This document shows positions 19,743 through 29,617 of a stretch of DNA of 62,224 nucleotides, one piece after another (positions within the stretch are counted from its first letter, which is position 1; every line of letters starts with the position of its first letter). The DNA is from a virus. Lineage: Duplodnaviria; Caudoviricetes. A program made the translations under genes and the position numbers. The stretch is from positions 1-62,224 of IMG/VR virus record IMGVR_UViG_3300032291_003678. The stretch is one strand, 5' to 3'. The notes under the pieces were generated by a model, which was not told where the DNA came from, did not search any database, and saw nothing but the letters and a program-made list of their open reading frames with translations.

Positions 19743-20893
19743 ACATTTTTATTTATAATATTTGTAATTTTTAATATATCAGATTCAGTTAAATCTTGAT
19801 GATTAGGTAAATAAAATCCAAATTTATCTATTATATCAGAATTTGGAAGATTTACTCTTTTATAATTTTCATACCATACTGGTTTATTCCCTAAATTTCC
19901 TGCTATCAAAGGTCTAACTTCAATGTTAGCTTCAATTAAATCCTTTATAATTTGATCTTTATTTTTACTTACAACAGGTATTGCAAAATTAGAAATAAAA
20001 TTATCTAAGTTTGTTTCTAGGTTTAATTCATTATTAGTTAAATTTTTTAAATAGAACTTAAAATTTAAGTTTCGTTTTTGAGAATAGTTATCTAATTTGT
20101 CTATAGCTCTTAAACCAATAAATGCTTGTAAATCTGTAGATCTTAAATTCATCCCTGGTAGATAGAAATTGTATAATGAACTAAAGCTATCAGTATTATA
20201 TTTAGTGTTGTAAATGTTTTGATCTTCAAGAGATAAATCTCTAGACCAGCCATGACTTCTCATCATTAACAAAGAGTTATATAGAGATTTATCATTTGTA
20301 TTAACAAAACCCCCTTCAATAGTACTTAAATGATGTCCGAAATACATTGAAAAGAATGATGCTAAACCAAATGTACCCAAATATTTTTCTTTATGTTTAG
20401 AACCCATACTCTCACATACATCTTCTAAAAGTAAAACATTGTATTTATTACATAATTTTAAAATATGTTCCATATCAGGAACTAATCCTAATACAGATAC
20501 CAATATAAGAGTACTTGGTGATTCAGTTTTGAATATTTCTTCTAAATGTTCTAAATCACAAGATAAGTCATTTAAATTGCAATCACATAAAATTGGTTCT
20601 AAACCTAATAACATTGGTGAAGATAAATCTGTAGCCCAACTTAATGATGGAACAACTACTTTATTATTTTTTAAACGATTTGTAAACTTTAAAGCAGCTA
20701 ATGTTAATAAAATTGAAGAAGAACCTGAATTGACAAATACCGAGTATTTAGTTCCTATTTTATTAGCCCATTTCTTTTCTAATTGAACTGTTAATTCACC
20801 TTTAGTAAGTTTAGGTATTTCATCTTGAGATAACCACTCAATTAAGTGATTGATATCATTTTTATCTATAGTATCGCTAACTAATTTAATCAT
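19739..20893 (-). CDS. colD: PLP-dependent GDP-4-keto-6-deoxymannose 3-dehydratase (ColD-like, DegT/DnrJ family)
   Basis: VNSGSS, EDVCESMG; GHHLSTIEGG has His at the Schiff-base Lys position. Confidence 0.8.
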   Translation of the reverse strand: MIKLVSDTIDKNDINHLIEWLSQDEIPKLTKGELTVQLEKKWANKIGTKYSVFVNSGSSSILLTLAALKFTNRLKNNKVVVPSLSWATDLSSPMLLGLEPILCDCNLNDLSCDLEHLEEIFKTESPSTLILVSVLGLVPDMEHILKLCNKYNVLLLEDVCESMGSKHKEKYLGTFGLASFFSMYFGHHLSTIEGGFVNTNDKSLYNSLLMMRSHGWSRDLSLEDQNIYNTKYNTDSFSSLYNFYLPGMNLRSTDLQAFIGLRAIDKLDNYSQKRNLNFKFYLKNLTNNELNLETNLDNFISNFAIPVVSKNKDQIIKDLIEANIEVRPLIAGNLGNKPVWYENYKRVNLPNSDIIDKFGFYLPNHQDLTESDILKITNIINKNV

Positions 20894-20896
20894 AAT

Positions 20897-21460
20897 TTAT
20901 TCTTTTATATAAAACCAACTACCATCTCCAAAAACACCTTTTGGTTCCTTATCTAAAAAAAATTCTTTTAATGCTTTTTGAATTGGGGGAAAAGGATAAT
21001 CATGTCCCGCAATTACACCTCCAACTTTAACTTTTTTAGACCAATTTTCTAAATCTTCTTTAACTGATGAGTATTGATGATTACCATCTATATAAACAAA
21101 ATCAATACTTTCTGGTTGTAAATAATCAGCGTATTGAGAAGAAGGCATTTTATTTTTTCTTATATTAGGATATTTAGCTAAAACTGTATCGAATATTTTT
21201 TCTGCTTGTTTTAACTCTGCTTCTTGTTTATCAAGATCCCAAGTATAATCATCTTCAGTGTATTTAGACCATGGGTCTACACAATTTAAAGTACTATTTG
21301 GGAAAATACTTGCTATTATTTCACCACTTTCACCACAATAAGATCCAATTTCTACAAGTTGAGCATTATTGTCTCCTATGTAAGATTTAGCAGAATAGCA
21401 TAAATTAAGAAGACCTTGTCTTTGGGTTGAATCTTCTCTCATTTTATGAGTTGTTACCAT
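20897..21460 (-). CDS. class I SAM-dependent methyltransferase (Methyltransf_24-like)
   Basis: VEIGSYCGES, DFVYIDGNHQY, GGVIAGHDY. Confidence 0.9.
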   Translation of the reverse strand: MVTTHKMREDSTQRQGLLNLCYSAKSYIGDNNAQLVEIGSYCGESGEIIASIFPNSTLNCVDPWSKYTEDDYTWDLDKQEAELKQAEKIFDTVLAKYPNIRKNKMPSSQYADYLQPESIDFVYIDGNHQYSSVKEDLENWSKKVKVGGVIAGHDYPFPPIQKALKEFFLDKEPKGVFGDGSWFYIKE

Positions 21461-21483
21461 TTTTTTATTTTTAAGTTATTAAT

Positions 21484-22512
21484 TTAATAAAAATTCATTT
21501 TATACCAAGTTAAAAATTCAGATACACCATCTTTAAGTAATTTAGTTTCAACATACCCAAATTCACTTTTATATCTTTCTAAAGAATTCCAAACAACTTT
21601 TGGAGCAGTTGCTGAAACTATACTACTTGATTTTCCTTTTTGTATTGATTTATTAGTAGCTTCTCCTACAATGCTAGCTAATTCGAATATACTACACTCT
21701 TCTTCACCGGCCAAATTATAAGTGTTATAAGTTCCATATAAAGCAATATTTAACAACATAGTTGTAAAATCTGTAATATACAAATACCTTCTAGAAGCAC
21801 TTCCATCATCAAATAATTGTATTGTCTCTGAGTCACTTAATGATTTTTGGACTATTTCACTTAATACTCTAGAATCATCTTGTAATACCCCAGGACCATA
21901 ACACAAGGAAACTCTTGCTGATATTGCATTAAATCCATTTTCTCTTAGTTTATTAACTATCATTTCTCCACTAACTTTTCCTAAAATATAAAAGTTACGT
22001 TTATTAGACATATCAATATTAATTGGATCTGTTTCACAATGGGCATCTTGTTTAGTAGAAGCTGAATATACTTCTGAGCTACTTAGATATACACAAGTTG
22101 CTTTTGGGTTAATTTCAAAGATATCATTAAATATATTACTAACTCCTATTGTATTTAATCTTAGAGTACTTATAGATTGAGCTAGGAATTTAGATGGTTG
22201 TGCATATCCAGCACAATAAAAACAAAAATCAATTTTACTTAAATTTAATTTATCATCTTTAGATAAATCAGTATCTATATAAGTAATATTAGGAGAGTTT
22301 AGTAAGTGATTGATTCTACTAGGATTTTTTGATAAACTAGTTAATATTATTTTGATATTATAATCATATTCATCATTTAAATATGAGAAAAAATCAGCTA
22401 AAAATCCTCCAATTAATCCATTAGCTCCTGTTATTAAAACACTTGTATCTTTTAATTTTAATGTGTCTACTTGTTTTAATATTCTACTGTATTCATTTTT
22501 TGAGAAATCCAT
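21484..22512 (-). CDS. NAD-dependent sugar-nucleotide epimerase/dehydratase (extended SDR)
   Basis: TGANGLIG, SSSEVY, YxxxK (YILGK), YGPG. Confidence 0.9.
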   Translation of the reverse strand: MDFSKNEYSRILKQVDTLKLKDTSVLITGANGLIGGFLADFFSYLNDEYDYNIKIILTSLSKNPSRINHLLNSPNITYIDTDLSKDDKLNLSKIDFCFYCAGYAQPSKFLAQSISTLRLNTIGVSNIFNDIFEINPKATCVYLSSSEVYSASTKQDAHCETDPINIDMSNKRNFYILGKVSGEMIVNKLRENGFNAISARVSLCYGPGVLQDDSRVLSEIVQKSLSDSETIQLFDDGSASRRYLYITDFTTMLLNIALYGTYNTYNLAGEEECSIFELASIVGEATNKSIQKGKSSSIVSATAPKVVWNSLERYKSEFGYVETKLLKDGVSEFLTWYKMNFY

Positions 22513-23384
22513 TATACAAGTTTATTAATTTTAATTTTAATTGATTCAACATCTAATCCTAATATTTCATCTATTTGATGTTTTTTACCATAATTTAGGA
22601 TAAATTCTCTTGGAACTCCAATATTACTTAATTTATAAGTCATACCTTCTAAAGACTCATTAATAAAATAATTTGTAGATCCTTTATAAAAGGGTTCACA
22701 AACTATAATATTATTTATAAAATGTTTTTTTAGAGTTTCACTATCAAAAGGAATTATAGTTGAATAATATAATAAAGTAACATCTAAATTTTTTACAGCC
22801 TCATATACGGGTTTTAACATATTACCATAACATACTACTAATGCTTTAGATCCTTCTTGGATTACATTGGCTTTGCCAAATTCAACTTTAAAATCTAAAT
22901 CATGTTCATACTCACTAAGTCTAAAATAAGTAGGAGCATTATTATTATAAGTTTGATTAAATAAACTATCAAATTCATATGAATTACCTGGTGAGATAAT
23001 CTGCATGTTAGGGATAACAGATAATGTTGCTACGTCACTTGGGCAATGGTGAGTACATCCTAACCCAGCATAATCATATGAGTTACCAATGCTAATAAAA
23101 TTACCATTTACATTTTGGTAACCAAAATCATCTTTTAATTGTTCTAATGCTCTTTCAACAATAAATGGAGCAATAGTATGAACAACGGGTATCATATTAG
23201 CTTTACTCATTCCTGATGCTAAACTAATTGTTGCTTGTTCTAGAATTCCTATATTATAGGTTCGGTCTGGGTAGTTTTTAAAGCATTTGTTAAATCCAAA
23301 TACTCCAATATCCCCTAAAAGAAGACATAAATTATCATCTTTAGACATTATATTTGAAATAGTTGTTACAAATTGTTTTCTCAT
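22512..23384 (-). CDS. transketolase-like, C-terminal (pyrimidine-binding) subunit
   Basis: NIGILEQA, RALEQLK, GCTHH, PTYFRL. Confidence 0.9.
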   Translation of the reverse strand: MRKQFVTTISNIMSKDDNLCLLLGDIGVFGFNKCFKNYPDRTYNIGILEQATISLASGMSKANMIPVVHTIAPFIVERALEQLKDDFGYQNVNGNFISIGNSYDYAGLGCTHHCPSDVATLSVIPNMQIISPGNSYEFDSLFNQTYNNNAPTYFRLSEYEHDLDFKVEFGKANVIQEGSKALVVCYGNMLKPVYEAVKNLDVTLLYYSTIIPFDSETLKKHFINNIIVCEPFYKGSTNYFINESLEGMTYKLSNIGVPREFILNYGKKHQIDEILGLDVESIKIKINKLV

Positions 23385-24130
23385 AGTTTTTCTATTATAT
23401 TTTTATATTCTTCTTCATTAGGAAATTTATGATGCCATTCAGGATTATTTTCTATCATCTCTATCCCTTTTCCTTTTATTGTGTTAGCTATAATACATGT
23501 TGGTTTATCACTTTTATTATTTAAGGCTGAGAGTATTTCGTTTTGGTTGTGTCCATCTATTACTTTAACATCCCATCCAAATGCTTTAAATTTAGCATGT
23601 AAATCTCCTAATCCAACAGCTCTATCAGTTGAATGATTAAAATCAATAATACAAAATAAATTATTTAAATTATGATGATTAGCTAATAAAGCTGATTCCC
23701 ATATTGTACCTTCATTTGCTTCCCCATCACCTACTATAACATAAATTTTATTTTTGTATTTTTTTATCTTATAAGCTAGTGCTAAACCAACACCTATAGG
23801 AAAACCATGTCCCAAAGATCCAGTTGAGGATTCAACATTATCAATTTTATCAGTTGGATGACCTCCTAATTTACTATTTAAATCACAGAAGGTATTAATA
23901 TCTTCTTTAAGTAAACCAAAATGATCTAATATAACATACAACCCTAATGATGCATGTCCTTTACTTAAAATAAAACGATCTCTATCTATTTTATTTTTTT
24001 TAATACTATCTACATCTAATACTTTATCATACAAGACATACATTATATCCAATATAGATAATGAACTAGGTATATGACCTTCTTTTTTTAAAGAAGCTAT
24101 ATCTACTATTTTTTTTATTAAAATATTCAT
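23381..24130 (-). CDS. transketolase-like, N-terminal (TPP-binding) subunit
   Basis: GHIPSSLS, FILSKGH, TGSLGHG, GDGEANEGTIWE, TIKGKG. Confidence 0.92.
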   Translation of the reverse strand: MNILIKKIVDIASLKKEGHIPSSLSILDIMYVLYDKVLDVDSIKKNKIDRDRFILSKGHASLGLYVILDHFGLLKEDINTFCDLNSKLGGHPTDKIDNVESSTGSLGHGFPIGVGLALAYKIKKYKNKIYVIVGDGEANEGTIWESALLANHHNLNNLFCIIDFNHSTDRAVGLGDLHAKFKAFGWDVKVIDGHNQNEILSALNNKSDKPTCIIANTIKGKGIEMIENNPEWHHKFPNEEEYKNIIEKL

Positions 24131-24190
24131 AATAATTTTTTATTTATTTATTTTTATTTAAAATACGAAAAATATTTGTGGTATCCAAAT

Positions 24191-24673
24191 TTATTTATCT
24201 CTTTTTTGTAAAAGAGGATTAGAAATAGGCCAATATATTCCAATTTTAGGATCATCCCACTTTAAGGTAAATTGTACATCAGTATCTGCGTATTCCCCCT
24301 CATAAGCCCATTTATAGTGTAACATCGCTTTATCACTTAATACTAAAAAACCAATACCAAAATTTGGTGGGGTTAATACTTGTTTTCTTGTTCTATCATC
24401 TAATATAACCCAATCCCATTTCAAATAATTTTCGGATTCTGGTCTATTATCAACCACTACGAAATACATTTCTCCATGAAGACATGAAGTTAATTTCCAG
24501 GATTTATGGTCACCATGCATTCCTCTTAAAACGTGTTTTCTTGAGGTTGAAATTTTATCATGTTTAAAATCTAATTTAGGTTCAAAATTATCTTTGTTCC
24601 ATAATGTTAATAAATCACCTCTAAAATCAGTGAAAATATCAGGTTGGTAAATTTTTACTTCGGGAAATATCAT
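24191..24673 (-). CDS. rmlC: dTDP-4-dehydrorhamnose 3,5-epimerase family (cupin)
   Basis: DFRG, VLRGMH, VVVDNRPES, WDDPKIGIYWP. Confidence 0.85.
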   Translation of the reverse strand: MIFPEVKIYQPDIFTDFRGDLLTLWNKDNFEPKLDFKHDKISTSRKHVLRGMHGDHKSWKLTSCLHGEMYFVVVDNRPESENYLKWDWVILDDRTRKQVLTPPNFGIGFLVLSDKAMLHYKWAYEGEYADTDVQFTLKWDDPKIGIYWPISNPLLQKRDK

Positions 24674-25524
24674 ATATTATTTAAGTTACAAAATTCTAAA
24701 AAGAAATGTTCTAGTTTGTCTTTAAATGAAGGTTCTTGAGTAGATATATTATAATTATAATCTATATAGGATTTCATATTTTCATAGGTTTCTGTAGTTA
24801 GATTATTTATTATATAAACTAATTCGTCAATATTATTAAATCTTATTATACCTCTTTCATCATACCCAAAATCTGATATGTTTGGGCAACCCCAATATAT
24901 TGGTATAGTTTTAGTATTAAAGGCATCACTAATTTTTTCAGTAAACCAGTTATGTTGTTTAGTATTTTCAACACATACATGAAACATGGATTCGTTAAAG
25001 CAGATTTTTTTAGAATGCCAAAATTCATTTGGTCTTCCTATTCCTCCTTTTTCAAAATCATCTTGATTAAAATCATCTAAAGTATAAAACCACTTTTTAG
25101 GGATACTTATTTTATCTTTTATCTGGTATATTTCTTGTCTGAGTTTATGTCCTTCTATTAATGATTTAGCTCCACTTAAGAAACTAACTTCAAAAGTTTT
25201 ATTTATCTTTTCAAAGGATTCAATATAAGATTTATCTAAATAATTACAACTATGATAAAATAAAATAGAATTAGGACAATTATCTAAAATTTCTTTCCCC
25301 CAAGCTAAAATTCCAGTAAATAAATTACAATTATTTTTTACCCAAGAATGCATCCCAAATAATTCATTAGGTTCTTGAAGAAAAATAAAATTGTAAGGGT
25401 TAATTGCCAATTGTTCAGCATTTTGGGGGACATAATCATAAAAGAAAGTTATGGGTTTATCTAACTTTTTAAGATTATCATAAATACTATCATTTTCAGA
25501 TATAAAATTAGAAAATATTTTCAT
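24670..25524 (-). CDS. GT10 (alpha-1,3-fucosyltransferase-like) glycosyltransferase
   Basis: FHVCVENT..NWFTEKISDAF...IPIYWG. Confidence 0.75.
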   Translation of the reverse strand: MKIFSNFISENDSIYDNLKKLDKPITFFYDYVPQNAEQLAINPYNFIFLQEPNELFGMHSWVKNNCNLFTGILAWGKEILDNCPNSILFYHSCNYLDKSYIESFEKINKTFEVSFLSGAKSLIEGHKLRQEIYQIKDKISIPKKWFYTLDDFNQDDFEKGGIGRPNEFWHSKKICFNESMFHVCVENTKQHNWFTEKISDAFNTKTIPIYWGCPNISDFGYDERGIIRFNNIDELVYIINNLTTETYENMKSYIDYNYNISTQEPSFKDKLEHFFLEFCNLNNI

Positions 25525-26413
25525 TTTTTAATCTATTTAATTCATTAACCATTCCTTGTTCAGATTCTAGTCTAAATTCTTCTTTTGTTTTTACACCTAA
25601 ATTACTATTAATTAAATCTTTGTATAATGATAATTTAAATTTATTGTTTTCTGAGACTATTAAGTTATCGACAATAAATTGTTTTATGTTAGGATTTTTT
25701 TGTTTGTACATATCTAAAGCATACATTATGAAGGTATCATCAATTCCATAGTGGCCTAAACTTTCTGGTAGGTTTATATATTTTTTGAATATGCCAGAAG
25801 ATATTAAATTGCACCATCCTGAACCAAATTTAGTATATTGTTGGTTTTCAATTAATGATTTATCTTCATTATGTGTATATAGAGTATAGGGATCAAAACT
25901 TAAATAACTTTGATGATTTGGAGTTTCACTTAAATATTCTTTATTTACTATTACATCCCAAGATTTATCCCACATTTTAGACAATTGTGGGGTTATTACA
26001 CAATATTCATGATTTGTTCGCTCAAAAGCATTAACTAATGTATAAAGGGTATCATCCGGAAATATCATATCACTATCAAACCATATAAAAGCATCTACAT
26101 CATTTTTATAATTTTTTATAAAATGTCTTTTATAAGATAAGGCTCCTAATATTTGATTATCAAAATTGACTATTTCATTAACTAAAACTGAGTTTATTTT
26201 AAGTGTATTGTTTAATGCCTTAAATTTAGTTATAAAATATTCTGAATTAAGTGTGCTATTCCCCCAATCATAAAAATAATTAGATAGATTTAAACAAGGA
26301 TTAAATATTATATCAAAATCAACGTAATTTAAATTACGTCTTAGTTGATGAATAAAAGTTTGGTAATCATCTATTTCATATGGAGTTATATGAATACTAA
26401 TGTGATACTTCAT
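25508..26413 (-). CDS. putative GT-A glycosyltransferase
   Basis: FIWFDSD DxD motif; HYGIDDTF. Confidence 0.6.
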   Translation of the reverse strand: MKYHISIHITPYEIDDYQTFIHQLRRNLNYVDFDIIFNPCLNLSNYFYDWGNSTLNSEYFITKFKALNNTLKINSVLVNEIVNFDNQILGALSYKRHFIKNYKNDVDAFIWFDSDMIFPDDTLYTLVNAFERTNHEYCVITPQLSKMWDKSWDVIVNKEYLSETPNHQSYLSFDPYTLYTHNEDKSLIENQQYTKFGSGWCNLISSGIFKKYINLPESLGHYGIDDTFIMYALDMYKQKNPNIKQFIVDNLIVSENNKFKLSLYKDLINSNLGVKTKEEFRLESEQGMVNELNRLKNENIF

Positions 26414-27161
26414 CTTCTATAAATTTTTCTGGGTTGTTATTTATGTATTCTATAACTTTATTGGTATATTCAAATAATTGGGGAGAATTATGGTGATCCC
26501 AATTGATGTGAGTTCTACTTTCTAGATAGGTTTCATCTGCTTCTCTTTCAGTATTATAACCATCAGGACGCTTGAATAATAATGTTATATCTAACCATTT
26601 CTCCATTTCTAATCCCATTTGCCTAATAGGTCTAGTTATATGTACCCACCAATCATCTAACATAGGGTGTTCTTGTAATGATCCTATAAATTTGAATATG
26701 TCATTAGGAATAGAGGGATGAGCATTATAACCATCACCAAACCCCCACATAGGAGATCTTACACCATCTTTAACTTTTTCAATATTAACCCCTAATATAA
26801 AACTTTTATTTTTATATTTTTTAAATTGCTGTTCCCAAGAATCTGTTAATATTTCTATATCATCATTCATTCCAAATAAAAATTCGGCTTCTGAGGCTTT
26901 TGCTAAACTATTATAATGTTCATGAAGGGAACCATATCCATTTTTTCTATCAGATATAACTACTTTAATATCTATTTTTGAGGTAGGAGTATACCCTTCA
27001 ACAAACTTAATAGTCTCTTCATCATCAGTGTCTATTTTAATTAAAAGTTCTACTAATGATTTTTCTTTGGTTCTTTGATTAAAACTATCTAAGCATTCTT
27101 GTAAAAGATTAACTCTTTTTCTTGTAGGAATCATTACCCCTACTAATTTTTTATATTCCAT
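26397..27161 (-). CDS. GT2-like glycosyltransferase
   Basis: VMIPTRKR, IDTDD, MNDD. Confidence 0.7.
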   Translation of the reverse strand: MEYKKLVGVMIPTRKRVNLLQECLDSFNQRTKEKSLVELLIKIDTDDEETIKFVEGYTPTSKIDIKVVISDRKNGYGSLHEHYNSLAKASEAEFLFGMNDDIEILTDSWEQQFKKYKNKSFILGVNIEKVKDGVRSPMWGFGDGYNAHPSIPNDIFKFIGSLQEHPMLDDWWVHITRPIRQMGLEMEKWLDITLLFKRPDGYNTEREADETYLESRTHINWDHHNSPQLFEYTNKVIEYINNNPEKFIEDEVSH

Positions 27162-27163
27162 GA

Positions 27164-27796
27164 TTATATCTGTTTTAATTCAATTTTAGTATAACGCTCA
27201 TTTTGTTGTTCTTGTCGAGTAATAGTTTTATTATGAATTATACTCCACTCTTCAGCTAATGGTAAATCAGCAAATGATTTGTATCCTGTTACCATCCCAT
27301 GTATTTGATGCCCTGTCCATTTAATATTAGGATTATTTTTATAAATACGTTTTTGAGTATCAGGCCAGTTAACCAATCCTTTTTCATTTACATTCCATCC
27401 CCATCTTTGAATATGCTCCGGGGTTAAACCAGGGACTAGATTTTTGCGAGGAGTAGTTACTAAATCTACTGGGTTATCTATTAGTATTGTTTTTAGGTTT
27501 TCAAGTAAAAATTCTTCAGGTATCTCATCAGCATCTATTTGGAATATATAATCTCCAGTGCATTTACTATTCATAAAGTTTTTATTTTCAAGAAAATTTT
27601 GTTGAAAATTAAATGGATAAGATGAAATTTTGTCTTTATAATTTTCCATTACAGACATTACTTCAAGAGTAACTCTATTTTGATCATAGACTACTACAAT
27701 TTCATCGTTATCATCTATTCTTGCTGTTAAATATGTAATGAGATTTTCTAATTCTTCATGTTCATTACAAACAGTTAAACCGTAACTTATTTTCAT
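27164..27796 (-). CDS. GT2 glycosyltransferase
   Basis: TVCNE, GDYIFQIDADE. Confidence 0.85.
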   Translation of the reverse strand: MKISYGLTVCNEHEELENLITYLTARIDDNDEIVVVYDQNRVTLEVMSVMENYKDKISSYPFNFQQNFLENKNFMNSKCTGDYIFQIDADEIPEEFLLENLKTILIDNPVDLVTTPRKNLVPGLTPEHIQRWGWNVNEKGLVNWPDTQKRIYKNNPNIKWTGHQIHGMVTGYKSFADLPLAEEWSIIHNKTITRQEQQNERYTKIELKQI

Positions 27797-27800
27797 ATTT

Positions 27801-28259
27801 TTAATTTGTTTTAAAGAATTCTATATAATCTAAGGCTTCAATAAAATCATTTTGAGGGTGATTTTTTAAAGACTTAATATCAGTTTTGTGAGTATAATAA
27901 TCTTCTGTTCCAGGTATTTTAAATTTACCTTTTTCTTCTTCGTTTACTTCGATTGCTTTTACACCTGCCCATTGCCAATCATATTTGCTTTTACCATTTG
28001 CAAATACCGTTCCTTTATCCTGGATATTGATGGTTATTGGGTACCATACACGTTTTTCTGAATCTGTATTTTTGAGATCTTTGTATAGTTCGGGTAGGGC
28101 TTCTTCATAAATTTCAAAGTCAAATTCACTTTCTTTCATTAAATCATTTGTTTGAAAACCACATCCAAAACAGAAATAACTGTTTTTTACTTCGTTTACA
28201 GGAGTGACATAACAAGCATCACTCCCGCAACGTGGGCATATAGATAATTTATCTTTCAT
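27801..28259 (-). CDS. zinc-ribbon protein
   Basis: CPRCG...CFGCG. Confidence 0.75.
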   Translation of the reverse strand: MKDKLSICPRCGSDACYVTPVNEVKNSYFCFGCGFQTNDLMKESEFDFEIYEEALPELYKDLKNTDSEKRVWYPITINIQDKGTVFANGKSKYDWQWAGVKAIEVNEEEKGKFKIPGTEDYYTHKTDIKSLKNHPQNDFIEALDYIEFFKTN

Positions 28260-28276
28260 TTTATTTTATTTTTATA

Positions 28277-29608
28277 TTAAAATCCTTCTCCTGTTATGTC
28301 AGCTCCTGATTTTTTTAATTTAGGTAATTCAATTTTCTTAAGCTGTGGTAGTTTTAATTGAACCTGCTTAGGAAATTCAGGTACATTAGCAGTTAATACT
28401 GTATCTAGCTTTTCTTGCATCTTTTCAAATGAGAAATTAGTTTTACAATAGTGAGCTAAACGTTTTCCGTTATCTTGATATTTTTTATAATTTTCAAAAT
28501 AATCCCTTAATAAACCACCAGCAAATCCATAATCAACTGTAAACCATTGAGATCCTTCAATTAACATATCAGGTACTTGGGCTGATGGGTGAATGTTAGT
28601 TAAAGTTCCTGGGATTAGTGAGGTAAATTCAGGATTTAAGAAATCTAAATGACCACTCCAATTTGAGGCTATTACTGGTTTTTTAGTTTGAGTAAATTCA
28701 AGTAATGGTCTACCAAATCCTTCCCCTTTAGTAAAACTAACCATTGCTTTTATTTTAGAATGATTATACAGTTGGTTCATTTCATCATCTGAAATTTCAC
28801 CGTGGAATAGATAAATGTTAGGTAAATTTTTAGTAGGCATGGATTGTCTTATAATATCTATTCTTTTCAAGATATTATCTCTATCTATGATACTAGTAGG
28901 ACCTGACATAGTTTTTAATATAAGTGCGGGCTTTTTAGATTTATTTTTAAATGCTTCTAAAAACATTCTAACTAATCCTCCTACATCTTTTCTGTCTTGA
29001 CCCCATTCTCCTTGAAGCCAATGACCAGCAAATAGAAAAGCAAAATCTTCTTTTACATTATCTAGAGCATTTTTAATCTCAGAATCTTTAGGTAAAGATG
29101 ATTGAAAGTACTTAGTAATATCTACTCCTTCAAATAATACTTCTACAGGTGCTGTTAATTCCACTGTACCAACAACTTGTCTAGTCTTTTCATCTTGTTT
29201 TTGAAATTTACTTTCTTGGAATACTTTTTTAGCGTGCTCTGAAGATACTAAATTTAGATTCATTCGATTTAAACCTTCAATCCATTGTGGAGCACAGATT
29301 GTGGTTTCAATACCTGCAGTAATCCCAATATTATATTTTCCAATTGCTTGAAATTCATTAGGTACTGTAATTTGAGCCCAAATATCAGGTTGTTGAGTCA
29401 TTTGACCTTGCATAATATGAGGTTGTAAGAATCCCCATTCTTCTTGATGATCTTCTATAAAACTATGAGGTGTATTTCCCCAACGTTGTGGTATTATTTT
29501 AACATCGTACTTATCTAGATTAATTAATGCTTTAACTAAATCTCTACTACGAGAACCGTATCCACTGTAAGTGTCAATTGGACAACTTATTACAAATGTA
29601 TTTTTCAT
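28277..29608 (-). CDS. GT4 (GT-B) glycosyltransferase
   Basis: SGYG, RKD, GEGFGRPLLE. Confidence 0.85.
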   Translation of the reverse strand: MKNTFVISCPIDTYSGYGSRSRDLVKALINLDKYDVKIIPQRWGNTPHSFIEDHQEEWGFLQPHIMQGQMTQQPDIWAQITVPNEFQAIGKYNIGITAGIETTICAPQWIEGLNRMNLNLVSSEHAKKVFQESKFQKQDEKTRQVVGTVELTAPVEVLFEGVDITKYFQSSLPKDSEIKNALDNVKEDFAFLFAGHWLQGEWGQDRKDVGGLVRMFLEAFKNKSKKPALILKTMSGPTSIIDRDNILKRIDIIRQSMPTKNLPNIYLFHGEISDDEMNQLYNHSKIKAMVSFTKGEGFGRPLLEFTQTKKPVIASNWSGHLDFLNPEFTSLIPGTLTNIHPSAQVPDMLIEGSQWFTVDYGFAGGLLRDYFENYKKYQDNGKRLAHYCKTNFSFEKMQEKLDTVLTANVPEFPKQVQLKLPQLKKIELPKLKKSGADITGEGF

Positions 29609-29617
29609 ATAATCTTA

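Noticed and set aside
22512-24130. Frameshifted transketolase pseudogene
   Set aside because: The split falls at the natural domain boundary with an overlapping stop/start, as in common two-gene forms in sugar-nucleotide clusters.
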